From assembly GCF_036321535.1 (NCBI RefSeq), contig NC_087472.1, positions 92,134,001 to 92,198,000 on the forward strand: a stretch of DNA of 64,000 nt, given 5' to 3'. The notes under the pieces are model-generated. The model did no database searches. It had not been told where the DNA came from and saw nothing but the letters and a program-made list of their open reading frames with translations. How positions within the stretch are numbered: the stretch's first letter is position 1; every line of letters begins with the position of its first letter. This document shows, in pieces, positions 40,295 to 52,061 of the stretch. Position numbers and translations under genes: made by a program. The DNA comes from Camelus dromedarius. Its lineage: Eukaryota.

Positions 40295-40580
40295 GACCTG
40301 AGCGCAAAGGGAATCTGAAAGGTGTGAGAGTGGGTTTCTGGCAGCGCGAGGACTTCCGGTTTTACCTGTCTTTTACAGGCCTCGTGTTTTATACATGTTT
40401 GTAGTCACTTAAAATTTTCTGATAACCCTTTGGTAGGAATGCTAACGGGAGGTTTGAGATAGTAATAAAGAAGTACAAGTGAAGGTGAAAATGCATAAAA
40501 GTAATAACTAGAGAACTAATTTAGGTATAAGATCGCGTGAGGGTCAAAGGTGTGTGTGTAGGAGGTGTGGGAAGTGAGTG
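40295..40580. promoter_or_regulatory. small CpG-retaining promoter-like patch with ETS site
   Basis: gcagcgcgaggacttccggt (ETS consensus CCGGAAGT on the minus strand at 40352-40359), gatcgcgtga at 40531, minus-strand donor CAG|gtaaaa at 40366/40365. Confidence 0.4.
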
Positions 40581-41770
40581 TCCTAGCACTTAAAAATGAC
40601 ACTAGGGGTAAGAAGGAAGATCTACAGTCTACAAACATTGACAATTATTGTCATAATTCCGACTCACTGAGGCTAAACATATGCAGAAATTATTTTTAAA
40701 GTTTAATTTAAAACTATTCCATTGCACTTCTTTATGCTGGCATTAGATGAGGCTCTAAAGAAATACGGGAAATATTTCCAAACAAATCTTCGTGTTATTT
40801 TAACATATCGAATGCAATGTCTTAGATAACGCTTTTTTTGAGTCACCTTTTAACGTGTGATTTGTGCATTTTCCTATCAGTTTATTAAAATAATATATGC
40901 ATTTACTATACCATTGATTGCATTACAAACATTATAGTGCCATAATACTATTTTCAGATTGTAATGCATAGAGCTTACAATATACATAAAAGAAACAGAC
41001 ACTATCACCTTGCATAGATTGTTCTTTTTCCCTCTTCATGGCAAAACACCATTTGTCAAGACCGAGATTAACTACCACAGTCTAGTGACTAAAGCAGACA
41101 CTGCAACAAGAAAAAAATTGCATTTAAAGGAAGAAATGGAATGAAGAAGCAAATGAAAGAAATAAGTACAAATTCATTCATCTAAATAAGAATCAATAAA
41201 GATAATAATAATACTTTTATTGCTTAAGAACAATCTCAAAAAAAATTCTAGGAAACATAAACATGAAAAATACAGGAGTAGCTAGGAGGAAAAGAAAGCT
41301 ATAGCCTATGTTTTGGAGAGAAGAATAGAGAAGCTCATTAATTTTAACAACATTAAAATATTAGCTCATTACTTCTTAGTCATGGTTTAAAATATAAATA
41401 TATGTTCCTTAAAGATTTACAGAAAAGTCATTAAAAAAAGAAATATAATTTAATAGTTTAAAAATTATTTAGAGGGGAAAATCAGAAAATTTAATCAAAT
41501 ACAAAGCAGGCAATATAGAATGTGGATAGAGCTCAAAATCATAAATTTGAGTAAAAAAGCAAATTATATCATTATATGTATAAAATGATGATGTCATTTA
41601 AGTAAATGTCAAATATCCCCCACACAGACATACACCCCACAGACTGGAACCACACACACCGAATTCTTAATGAATTCTTGCTTCTGGGAAGGTAGGAAAA
41701 GGAATGAGATTGGAAGCAGTAGTGACAAAGGGGAATTTATCTTTATCCTATTAAAAATATATCTGCCTTC

Positions 41771-41910
41771 CTACAAGATATTTAATATAGTTGTCTATAA
41801 TAACCTATAATGAAAAAGAATATGAAAAGGAATATATGTATAATGTATGACTGAAACATTATGCTGTACACCAGAAATTGACACATTAACTGATTTTATT
41901 TATATATATA
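41771..41910 (+). mobile_element. short L1 3' end insertion
   Basis: aacctataatgaaaaagaatatgaaaaggaatatatg...tgctgtacaccagaaattgacaca; flanking atatat(c/t)tgcctt repeats. Confidence 0.85.
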
Positions 41911-42074
41911 TATATTTGCCTTAAATAATAGTAACAGCGACTAATGATCATTCAGGAAAGTTCTAGCCATTCAGTGGTCTGGCAAGTATTTATTGACACT
42001 ATTTGCCAGACACTGGTACAAATCAGAAAGAACTATTCTGGGGAGACCAATTAAGCACATTTTACATTCTCACC

Positions 42075-42320
42075 TGTCTTAGATTAGCCAGAGCTATGTA
42101 CTTGGGTGCAGACTGTCTATTTGGGAGGCAATCCCAAGAAGAAGAAGTGAAGAATGGGAATGGTGAGGCAAGGAAACAAAGAAAGCCAATAAACAGTTTT
42201 AATCAGTGGGTTATTGCTGTAAGCAACTGGGGTACAATCTTGCTGGAGACCTCTGAGAAACCATGCAGAACAGTCTTCATAATTGTCTATCTGGAGGATA
42301 GGGAGGCTACAATGTTCTAC
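42075..42320 (-). mobile_element. ERVL LTR fragment (LTR16-like)
   Basis: tgtcttagattag...cttgggtgcagact...tatttgggaggcaatcccaagaag. Confidence 0.55.
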
Positions 42321-42804
42321 TTCTACTTCTCTATCTTTCTACACTGAGAAAGCATGGATTTATTCACTATGAACCACAGATCACTGACCATATAGTATTC
42401 TCTCCTCTAACAAGCCATAACAGAAGAGAGTGATTCAGGAAAATCTGAGTCATACTCAGATGAGCACGGTACCCTAGAACATATGGAAACCTGCCAAGTA
42501 TTGACTTAAGAAAACTGTCTTCAGTAGGCAAACAAATCAGCTAAATGGATGAACAGCCAACTTCATTTTCCTGCCTAAAAATATTTTTGACTTGCTCTGA
42601 GTAAAATGTATAACTAGTTACAGTGACCACCATTGACTCCTACTACGGAAGCAGGAGAAGAACATGATCTTTGGAGACAGACAGACACCGTCTTGACTTT
42701 CTGCTCCTCCATTTGCCAGCTGAGTCAGGCTGTTAAATTCTCTGACCATATTTCCCCAACTATAAAACAAGGATAAAAGATGAATGGCAGAGGATTATGA
42801 GAAT

Positions 42805-43978
42805 GCTCTGAATTTCAATCTCCAGGTCCTCCTATCAACTGTCTACTCCACCTCTCCATTTGGAGGTCTCAGTGACACAAAGAGACTCACACACACGGAC
42901 AGGACTTCTAATGTGTTCCTGGAAACCTACCCCTTTCCCATCTCACTTGATGGCAACTTCATCCTTCAAAAAACTCAGGCCAAAACCTTGCAGTCATCCT
43001 TGACTCTCTTCTTTTTCTTACCGCCTATGTCTAGCATGTCAAAAAGTTCGCTTGGGTTTACTTTCAAAGTGGATTCCAGATATGACTACTTCTTGTCATC
43101 TATTCTGCTACAATCTTAGTATGAGCCAGTATATATTTCGCAGAAGCCTAACAATTCTCACTGCTTCTGCCCTGGCCCTTCAACAGTCTATTGACTACAC
43201 AGCAGCTAGAATGATCTTTTAAAGGTAAAAGTTACAGCATGTCACTCTCCTGCTCAGAACCCTGGAGTGGGTGCCTATCTCAAAGTAAAAGTCAAAGAAC
43301 TTAAAATGGTCTACAAGACCCTGGAAGGTTGGCCCCCACCCACTGCCTCTATAATCTGATCTACGACTGCTATCCTTGTTCATTCTACTCCTTCCATTCC
43401 ATACTGGCCTCCTTGCCAGGTATGCTCCCATCTAAAGCCTCTGCACTGGCTGGTTTTATTTTCCCAGATAAATGTAGATAAATGTATGGCTAAAATCTCT
43501 CACATCCTTCACATCTTTACTCAATCATCATCTTTTCATTAAGATTCATCCTAGTCACCATACTTAAAATTGTAGCCAGTCTCCCTCTCATTCTCCACTC
43601 TTGATCCCCACTCCCCGCCATTTACTGTACAATCTTTGCTATTCAAAGTGTGTTCCTAAACTAGCAGGACTCAGCAACTTGCTAGAAATGCAAAATCTCA
43701 GGCTCCCACCCAAGACCTACTGTAATAATCTGCATTGTAACAAAATCCCCAGGTGATCCACATGCATATTAAAATTTGAGAAGCAGGGCCATATGTCATT
43801 TTCTACAGCACTTGTCAACTTTTACATACCTTTAAGGCAATAATCTATTACAGTTTTTGCCTAAGTTCCACAAGGATGTGGATTTTTGTCTTTTTTATTC
43901 ACTGCTTTATACCAATTTCTCCAACAGAACTGGGCACATGAAGAAGTACTCAAAAATACTTGTTGAATGAATGAATGC
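42805..43978 (+). mobile_element. L2 LINE 3' portion
   Basis: ccatctcacttgatggcaacttcatcctt, catgtcactctcctgctcagaaccct, terminal ttgttgaatgaatgaatg. Confidence 0.9.
43635..43790. mobile_element. MER5A nested in L2
   Basis: tgctattcaaagtgtg...gctagaaatgcaaaatctcaggctcccaccc...aacaaaatccccaggtgatcc...tttgagaagca. Confidence 0.85.
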
Positions 43979-44703
43979 ATGCATGCATAAGTAAAGGATA
44001 TCCACAATAATATGGATAGAACATTACTTAACCTATACTGAGTGTTTAACAAATGACAGTTCCTCTTCCTTTTCTCTCTGTACGAATTACAGTTCATAGT
44101 CAGTGCTTCAGCGTCTTAACAAGAATATACTTTGCCAGAAACCAACCATCAAAAGTTCATAAAAGACAGAATTTGTATTTCATCACTTTGAAATTATAGA
44201 TGAGCAATCTTCTAATCTGTTCCTCCTCACCAACTGCCCAATGATTACTGGATTTATTAAAAAAGAGACAAACACATTAGCACTAATGGAAGGAGCTTTT
44301 AGAAAGTAAAATTTGATCTGCACAGTCAAATGACTGCTACATATGATAATTAGTAAAACAAATTGCACTAAATGTGTTATTTCATAGGACATTTGAGTTG
44401 GAATCACTTGTCCAAAGAACAATAAATCATAAGCATGAGAATTCCTTATAAAATTAAAAATCCTAAAGATTCTCTCATGTTGCTGAACAAAATCACAGTG
44501 TCTATTAAAGAAAAAACTCAAACACAATGGATAATTCACAACTACCACCCCCTTCTGCAAAGTAGAAGTGTTTTCAGGAGCTACCTAAAGTAATAAAGTA
44601 AAGAAAAGGTAGTTTATGCATAAGGCAGATAACTGAAATTTAAAACTAAGTTGAAAACCTTAAAAGACACTTTGTTAAGTGTATGTGTGTGTGTGTGTGT
44701 GTA

Positions 44704-44921
44704 CAGTTGACTCTTGAACAACACAGGTTTCAACTGCAAGGGTCCATTTACATGCAATAGTACTGCATGATCCACAGTTGAATGTATCTGCTGATACAGA
44801 ACCAAGAATACGGAGGAGTCATGTATATGAAGAGCTAACTAACTGTAAGTTATACTTGAATTTTCCACTTCGGGGAGGGTCAGCGCCCCCTATCTCCCCC
44901 ACTTTATTCAAGGGTCAACTG
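44704..44921. mobile_element. MER8-like TcMar-Tigger MITE
   Basis: Terminal inverted repeats cagttgactcttgaa / ttcaagggtcaactg, TA duplication at 44702-44703 and 44922-44923, flanked by (TG)n on both sides. Confidence 0.92.
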
Positions 44922-45109
44922 TATGTGTGTGTGTATGTGTGTGTATAGAGAGAGTTCATATATATATATATACAGTTTATATATTTATATATATCACATT
45001 TTATATATGTGTGTGCCCTATCAATTTTTAGATAAGTGCATGTTACCATTTGACATAAATAGCATTATTCTGGTAAATATTTTACTGACATGATACTTAA
45101 GCTATAAAC

Positions 45110-46110
45110 CTTGGTAAAAGCAAAATTAAAAAAACATTTTCAAAGTTCAAACCAGAAAGAAAAGGGATAATATATCTTAGTAAATTAAAATTACAAACTG
45201 ATTCTGATCATAGGTACCACAAAAAGAGTAAAAATACAAGCCACAAACTAAGAAGTTATTTGCAGTATGTATTACTAGCAAAGAAGCGGTATTCAGAACA
45301 TTAAAATACTCCTTTGAATCAACAGGATTAAGACAAATAACATAAAAGTAAAGTGGGCAAACAAAGGCTAAAGTCTTGATTACAGATGTGGCTGAGCCTG
45401 CTTGTGGATAAATGAATTGTTATAACACATATGACACAACACATACTTAGCATTACCTAATATGACTCAAAATATGAATGCAGACCCAGCAGTTCATACC
45501 CTGGAGACATTTTTCCACATGTACAACAAGAGACAAGTACAAGTGTAGTGACAGCAGCACTGTTGATAATACCAAAAAACTCAAAACACCCTAAATGTCC
45601 ATCAACAGTAAAATGGGTAAATTAAATTGTGGTATATTCATGCCATTAAAATTATACAGTAATAGAAACAAATAAATACTGATACTGCCACCATTATAAT
45701 ATTATCTTAAAATACTAAATAAAAAATAAGCCACAGAAGAATTAATATATTCAAATGAATACATTTATATAACAAAATTAGCAAAACCAAGCCATATATT
45801 TTTCAGTTAATGTATAATATCTTTTAAAACTATAGAGAAAAGGAAGGAACTGAGTAACCTAAAATTTAGGACAGTAGCTACACATCAAATTAGCTGCATC
45901 TGAAGGGAGAATGGGAGTTGAGAACCAGGCAGCCACACCACAGTGGGTTTATCAAGTGTGGTAGTGTATTGCTTTTTTTTCGAAACTTGTGGCTGATACA
46001 GAGGAGTCTATTTCTGTTTTTATTTTTTAAACTTTCTATATGTGGTGCAAAAGTTATTTTTTATCTACAACATATTTCACATTTCTTTAAAAGTATAATA
46101 TAAATAGATA
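45110..46110 (+). mobile_element. ancient L1ME-like 3' region
   Basis: gacccagcagttcataccctggaga, cctaaatgtccatcaacagtaaaatgggtaaattaaattgtggtatattcat. Confidence 0.75.
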
Positions 46111-49100
46111 AGTGAAAGGCACTATAGTAAATCAACATAAAAATATTTCACAATTCAGTAAATAATATCATTACACTTCCTAGTAAACATTCTTTTATAC
46201 AAAGTAACTAACTAAGTAGATATTTCCTCCAGCCCAATTTAGACATGACCATGTCAGAGATCCGTGTTACACTTTCTGCTGTACCTACTGTAGGACTAAT
46301 TGAAAGAAGCAACTATAATCAATCAATAAATTAATGGCAACTGAGAAGGGCTGGGAAGAAATCACATCATCCCTGATTTTAACATTAATTTATTTAACTA
46401 TTCCTAAAACCCATCTTTGAGACAGGTATCTGTTAGAGACTTTAATATTTCTTGAGTTGGTAATTCTATGGCTTCCCTTGAATTGGGAAATTTTTCTCAG
46501 TTTGTAAAATGAAACACCTTTGACATCATTTAAGATATCTCTCTCTGTAGGCCATCGCTGAGTTTAAGCATATGCTTATTTTGCTAGTTGCTTTTTTCTA
46601 TCTTTATAGTAGAACTTTGTTCCCGCCACCTCTTCCAAACTTTTACCTAAATTCTATTCAGTAAACATCTGTACAGTTTGCTGTAGAAGTTGAAGCTGAG
46701 TAAGAGATCATTCACTGAGTGAGACACTTCAAATGGGTTACTTGAGATTTCCCTTGATTCTTTATAAGGCCAGGGAAATTATAACTCAGTTAACTAACTT
46801 TTTCATAAATTTCATTTCAAATAAACTAAGCAGATCTAGTCAAAGTGTACTTCAGAGACGCAAGACAAAGAGATTCTTACAGGCAGAAAGCAAGACTGTT
46901 TGTGTTCATGTGTATGTTTGTTTTTTTCTAATAACAAACACCAAACCCATGTTTTTCACCAGAACAACAACAAAATTCTCCAGCTTTCCTGGGAATTCTG
47001 TAATTCATTAAATGATTTACATAAACATTTTGACTACATTTAAGTTCTAAATCTTTTGGTATTTGTTTCATGAATCCAAAGAAATACATGGGCATGTACT
47101 TTGCTCAATATATTTTTGCAGAAAAGTATTTGAGAACATTCAAAAATAACTGCAAGAGGTTTTTTTTTAATAACTGCAAGAGTTTTAATCCCTCTTTTAC
47201 TAGTGCAACAATCAGTTTGGGAATCTGAAAAGTTTGCATTAAATATTTTAATAAAAATAAATGGGGAATAGAATTTTAAAAGTGATTTAAGCTAAAGGAT
47301 ACTGAAACTTCTGAGCAAAGGGAATTCTCTATCTTCTCCTGTCAAAATGAGTGCCCTAATTCTTTTCATCAAAAACAATCATTATGATATCCAAAGTCAT
47401 TGAATATTCTGCTTTTATTTGTGAGTGGCACAATATAAAACTTTTGCAGAAAAAGCTTTGAGAATGTCAATCATTCAACCTGCAAATACCTACCACACTC
47501 AGAATACATTTAGCCCAAAATGTGCTATCCAAATTACTTAAATTTTATATTAAACATTCCTTTGGTAAAATCAGTATTACTTTTACAACAATATTATTAA
47601 ATTTGCAATGGGAAGGTCTGAAAGTATAGGAAATATTTGTCAAAAATAATGGACATTCATAAAAAATTCATGAGTATATCCAATTTTACTGCTACTGTTT
47701 CATTGGACACATGTCTTCACCCTCTTCACACAGGATAAACTGACTGAGAATCATTGTGGATCAATACGAGTCAATGAGAAATTTAATCATTAGAAAAGTA
47801 ACTGACACTGTCTATAGATGCACTGAGGCGACAGCTTCTGCTACAGTGGCATGGCATTTGCATAAATAAAGCAAAAGAGAGTATTATGTTTCAAGAGAAA
47901 TAGTGAACACCAATCAAGGTCATGGCATTAAGAAAGTCCAGTGAGGTTCAGCCAACTTGACTGATTTCACTAAAATTCTTTAGGTTTTACAAATCAATTT
48001 TGATTTTTTAAAAAAATCATTTACAGTGCGCTTTTATTAAATGCGTGCATTTGGATAAATATAGCTATATTTGAAACTGCAGCTTGAGAGTCTTCACGTT
48101 TATTTTTTAAGTAAAAACATTTTAAAAATGAAAACTCAGCACCTAATTTTGTTGTCAGTTAAATGTGTATTAATATGAAGGTTTCTCATTTAAAACAAAA
48201 TCTGAAAAATGTGTGAAGAAAATTTGTAAGTAATTTATTTTAATATATTTAATTTCTGATATTCAGGAAAATCTAGGACAGATAGTATATATTCTAGCAC
48301 ACAGTTTCTATCTATTTTTATAATTTTCTGACATAAAATTGAACTGTCAAATATTATACAGACATTCTAGTTCTTCCTATATAATGAAAACATGATCATT
48401 GACATTTTTTCACTTATACTTGTGTTTTCTTAAAATTGTGCTAGTATTATGGACCAAAATAACCTTGAAAATCACCTATGCCTATAGAAATAGAAAAATA
48501 AATATAGATATAGTAAATGATGGGTGAAACCAAGTAAGGTAAGTAAGCATTTTAAAGAAGTTTCCAGAAATTATGGAAGATTATATTCAACCGAAAGAAG
48601 TGTGGCCAACTTTAGCCATTGTTTTTATAAATCTTACTGATTATTTCTGAATAAAATTTAGTAAAAAAATATTCTTAAATTAGCTGAAGATATGAATAGA
48701 CATTTGATCTTTTTGGTAAGGTTCCCTGCACTTTTACAAATTAACCACCAAATTAGATCCAGCTATTTTAAGACAGCAACTTGCATGTTAAAGTATATTA
48801 GGCATATTCAATACTATTGCAGTTATTTAAAAGTCCAAATCTAGGTTTTAATGGAGGTATCTCCAAATTTCCATAAGAAGGCATTAAAAATCATTCTAGC
48901 TAACCATTTCTTTCATTACAACATTGACATAATTCCACAGTTTTAAGTAGAGAAGAAATGATGGCCTCTTTTGAATGCATGTAAGACAAACATATACTCT
49001 TCATACAGAAACAGGCTCAGAATTTTATACATTCATTTAAAAATTATTTTTAGAAACATCAAGCTTTTTGCTTTCATCACTAGATAAAATCAACTTAAAC

Positions 49101-50244
49101 ACCCATTAATCAGGGATTGGTAAATAAATTCTGCTATGGCCACAGATGTGTTAGAAGAATATTTAATGACACGGAAAAATTGAGAATTCATTTTTAAGAG
49201 AAAGAAAAGAATGTTACCCAGAAGTATGTAGATTATAATCTAAATGTTTTTAAAAGAAACTATGTAGTTTTTTTTAAAAAATTACAGTTGGTGGTCCTAC
49301 ATGATGGAATGGCAACAAATTTTCCCTCTTTTTATGCTTCTCTATGTTTTCTAAATTTACCTCAGTGAAAAAAATTATTTTGTGATAAGAAATCATATAC
49401 TCTTAAACTCACATTTTTTGCTAAAATCAGATGGCAAGATTCGTAACTGAAACAGAATTAAGACAAAAGGGCACAATTACTCGTCTAGAAATACAGACCA
49501 TTAACACAAATAGACCATATCATCAGTGATTTAATGTCATTATTTATTTTATTATGTTATTGTTTTCACTTTTAGATTATATTTTCACAAGTCATTAAGT
49601 CAGACAAACAATATGGAATTTCTAATAGATGAAAATCATTTGATGAGCACAGAGCTGTTTTTAAAAGATATCATAAATGTTTGGTTTTACTACAGTTTAC
49701 AAGACAGTGCTTATCTATATCCTGACAATTAAAGTGTGGTTATTTTCCCGATCCATGAAGTGTGGGATCATTTATTCTTTCAAATATACAATGCTAAACC
49801 CCTGATCACAGGGAGAGAATCAGTAACAAATGGCAGACTCTAAGCTTTATGTGACTATTTAACAACATCAATAGCACAAGCTTGCATAACTGTCTGTCAA
49901 TTTATTGGTTTAACCATCTAAACAGTCTTTTAGCTTTTTCAAAACAAATAATAAAAGCAACCTCAACAATAGCATATATCACCCGAGGAGTTTTAAGGAG
50001 TTACAACATACAAAGTATAGAAACTTTAGAGAGCACTGATAATTTTATTTGAGTATTGCTCGTCACTAAAATAATTGTTTTAATTTATTCCTAATATTTT
50101 TCATAACGTATTTTATTCTAGAATAAAGTTATAATATTTCTGCAAATTTTCCTTTAAATCTTTCAGTTTCAGGAAGTGTAGTCAAATAATTAACAAGCTA
50201 ATTAGAGAGAGAATATACATAATAAATACAACAAATAATTTCTT

Positions 50245-50775
50245 CTTTTAATAGACTTTTTTTTTAGAGCAGTTTCAGGTTTACAACAGAATTGAGCAGA
50301 AAATACAGAGTTCCCACATAGCCCTCCCCACCCATATGTACATACTCTCCTACCCTCAACATCCCTCATCAGTGTGGCATATATGGTACAATTGATGAAC
50401 CAGCATGGGCACATTATTGTCAATCAAAGTCCATAGTTCACATTAGGGTTCACTCTTGATGTTGTACATTCTATGGGTTTTGACAAATTCACAATGACAT
50501 GTAGTCACCATTATAGTATCATACAGAATAATTTCATTGCCCTAAAAATCCCCTGTGCTCCATCTGTTCATCCCTCCCTCCCTCCCTCTCCCCAAACCCC
50601 TGGAAACCACGATCTTTTTATGTTTCTGTAGCTGTGCCTTTTCCAGAATGTCATCTGGTTGGAATTGTACAGTTTATAGCCTTTTCAGACTGGCTTCTTT
50701 CATATAGTAACATGTCTTTTTAAGTTTCTTCCATATCTTTCATAGCTTGATAGATTTTTTTTTTACTGCACATAT
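50245..50775 (-). mobile_element. L1MC/L1MD-like 3' UTR
   Basis: tttttagagcagtttcaggtttaca...aaaatacagagttccca...ccttttccagaatgtcat...ccttttcagactggcttctttca. Confidence 0.88.
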
Positions 50776-50884
50776 ATTTTTTAATTTACATATATGTACT
50801 GTTTATTGTTTCTAAGACGTTTAGAGCTTTAGCTTTTTAAACTTATAGTTATCAAAAGAATAAAGCCAACCACAAAATAAGAAT

Positions 50885-51148
50885 TAACTCAGAAAGATAC
50901 ATACACCCTGCTATTAACAGCAACATTGTTTATAACTGCAAAGATATGGAAGCATTCCAAGTGCACATCAACAGTTGAACAGATAATGGAGATGCAGTAT
51001 GTGTATATGTATGTGTGTGTGTGTGTATATATATACATATATATGTGTATATATATATGTATATGTATGTGTGTATGTATGTGTGTGTATATATGTATAT
51101 ATATATAGGAATATAGCTCACCCATAAAAAAGAAGGATATTTTGCCAC
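50885..51148 (+). mobile_element. L1 ORF2-end/3' UTR fragment containing a (TA/TG)n microsatellite (about 50996-51108)
   Basis: cagaaagatacatacaccc...aagatatggaagca...ccataaaaaagaaggatattttgcca. Confidence 0.8.
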
Positions 51149-51157
51149 TTCATTCAC

Positions 51158-51734
51158 TTTTTTTTTACATTTTTATTGATTTATAGTCAGTGTATACTGT
51201 TGTGTGAATTTCCAGTGTAGAGCACAATTTTTCAGTTATATTTGAACATACATACATATATTCATAGTTGCATTCTTTTTTGCTGTGAGTTATCACAGGT
51301 CTTGTATATATTTCCCTGTGCTATACAGTATAATCTTATCTATTCTGCATATGCCTGTCAGTATCTATAAATTTCAAATTCCCAGTTTGTCCCTTCCTAC
51401 CTCCTCCTCCCTGGCAACCACAAGTTTGTATTCTATGTCTATGAGTCTGTTTCTGTTTTGTATTTATGTTCTTTTTTTTTATATTCCACATATGAGCGAT
51501 CTCATATGGTATTTTTCTTTCTCTTTCTGGCTTACTTCACTTAGAATGACATTCTCCAGGGACATCCACGTTGCTGCAAATGGCATTATGTTGTCTTTTT
51601 ACGGCTGAATAGTATTCCATTGTATAAATATACATCTTCTTTATCCAGTCATCTGTCGATGGACATTTAGGCTGTTTCCATGTTTTGGCTATTGTAAATA
51701 GTGCTGCTATGAACATTGGGGTGCAGGTGTCTTT
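51158..51734 (-). mobile_element. young camelid L1 3' end
   Basis: [37 protein letters not shown] ttcattca(c/t)ttt at 51149-51160 and 51735-51746. Confidence 0.95.
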
Positions 51735-51779
51735 TTCATTCATTTTTTTCACTTCAAAAACCAGAATTTTATAACTGGC

Positions 51780-52061
51780 AAAGACATTTCCATTACATCA
51801 AAAACAACAAAACACCTAGAAATAAACTTAACCAAGGAGGTTACCTATACTCTGGAAAACTGAAATGACACAAAGAAATGGAAAGATTTCTTAAGCTCTT
51901 GGATTGGAAGAACCAACGCTATCAAAATGGCCACACTGCCCAAAGCAATCCAAAGATCCAACCCAACCCCCATCAAAATACTCACGACATTCCTCACAGA
52001 ACTAGAACAATTCCAAAATATATAAGGAACCACAAAAGACCCTGAACAGCCAAAGCAATCT
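51780..52061 (+). mobile_element. L1 ORF2 internal fragment
   Basis: aaacacctagaaataaacttaaccaaggagg...tggattggaaga...gccaaagcaatctt. Confidence 0.85.

Noticed and set aside
50889..51157. His/Ile/Tyr- and Cys/Val-repeat ORFs (also 37804-37995)
   Set aside because: Translations of (TA/TG)n microsatellite or low-complexity DNA
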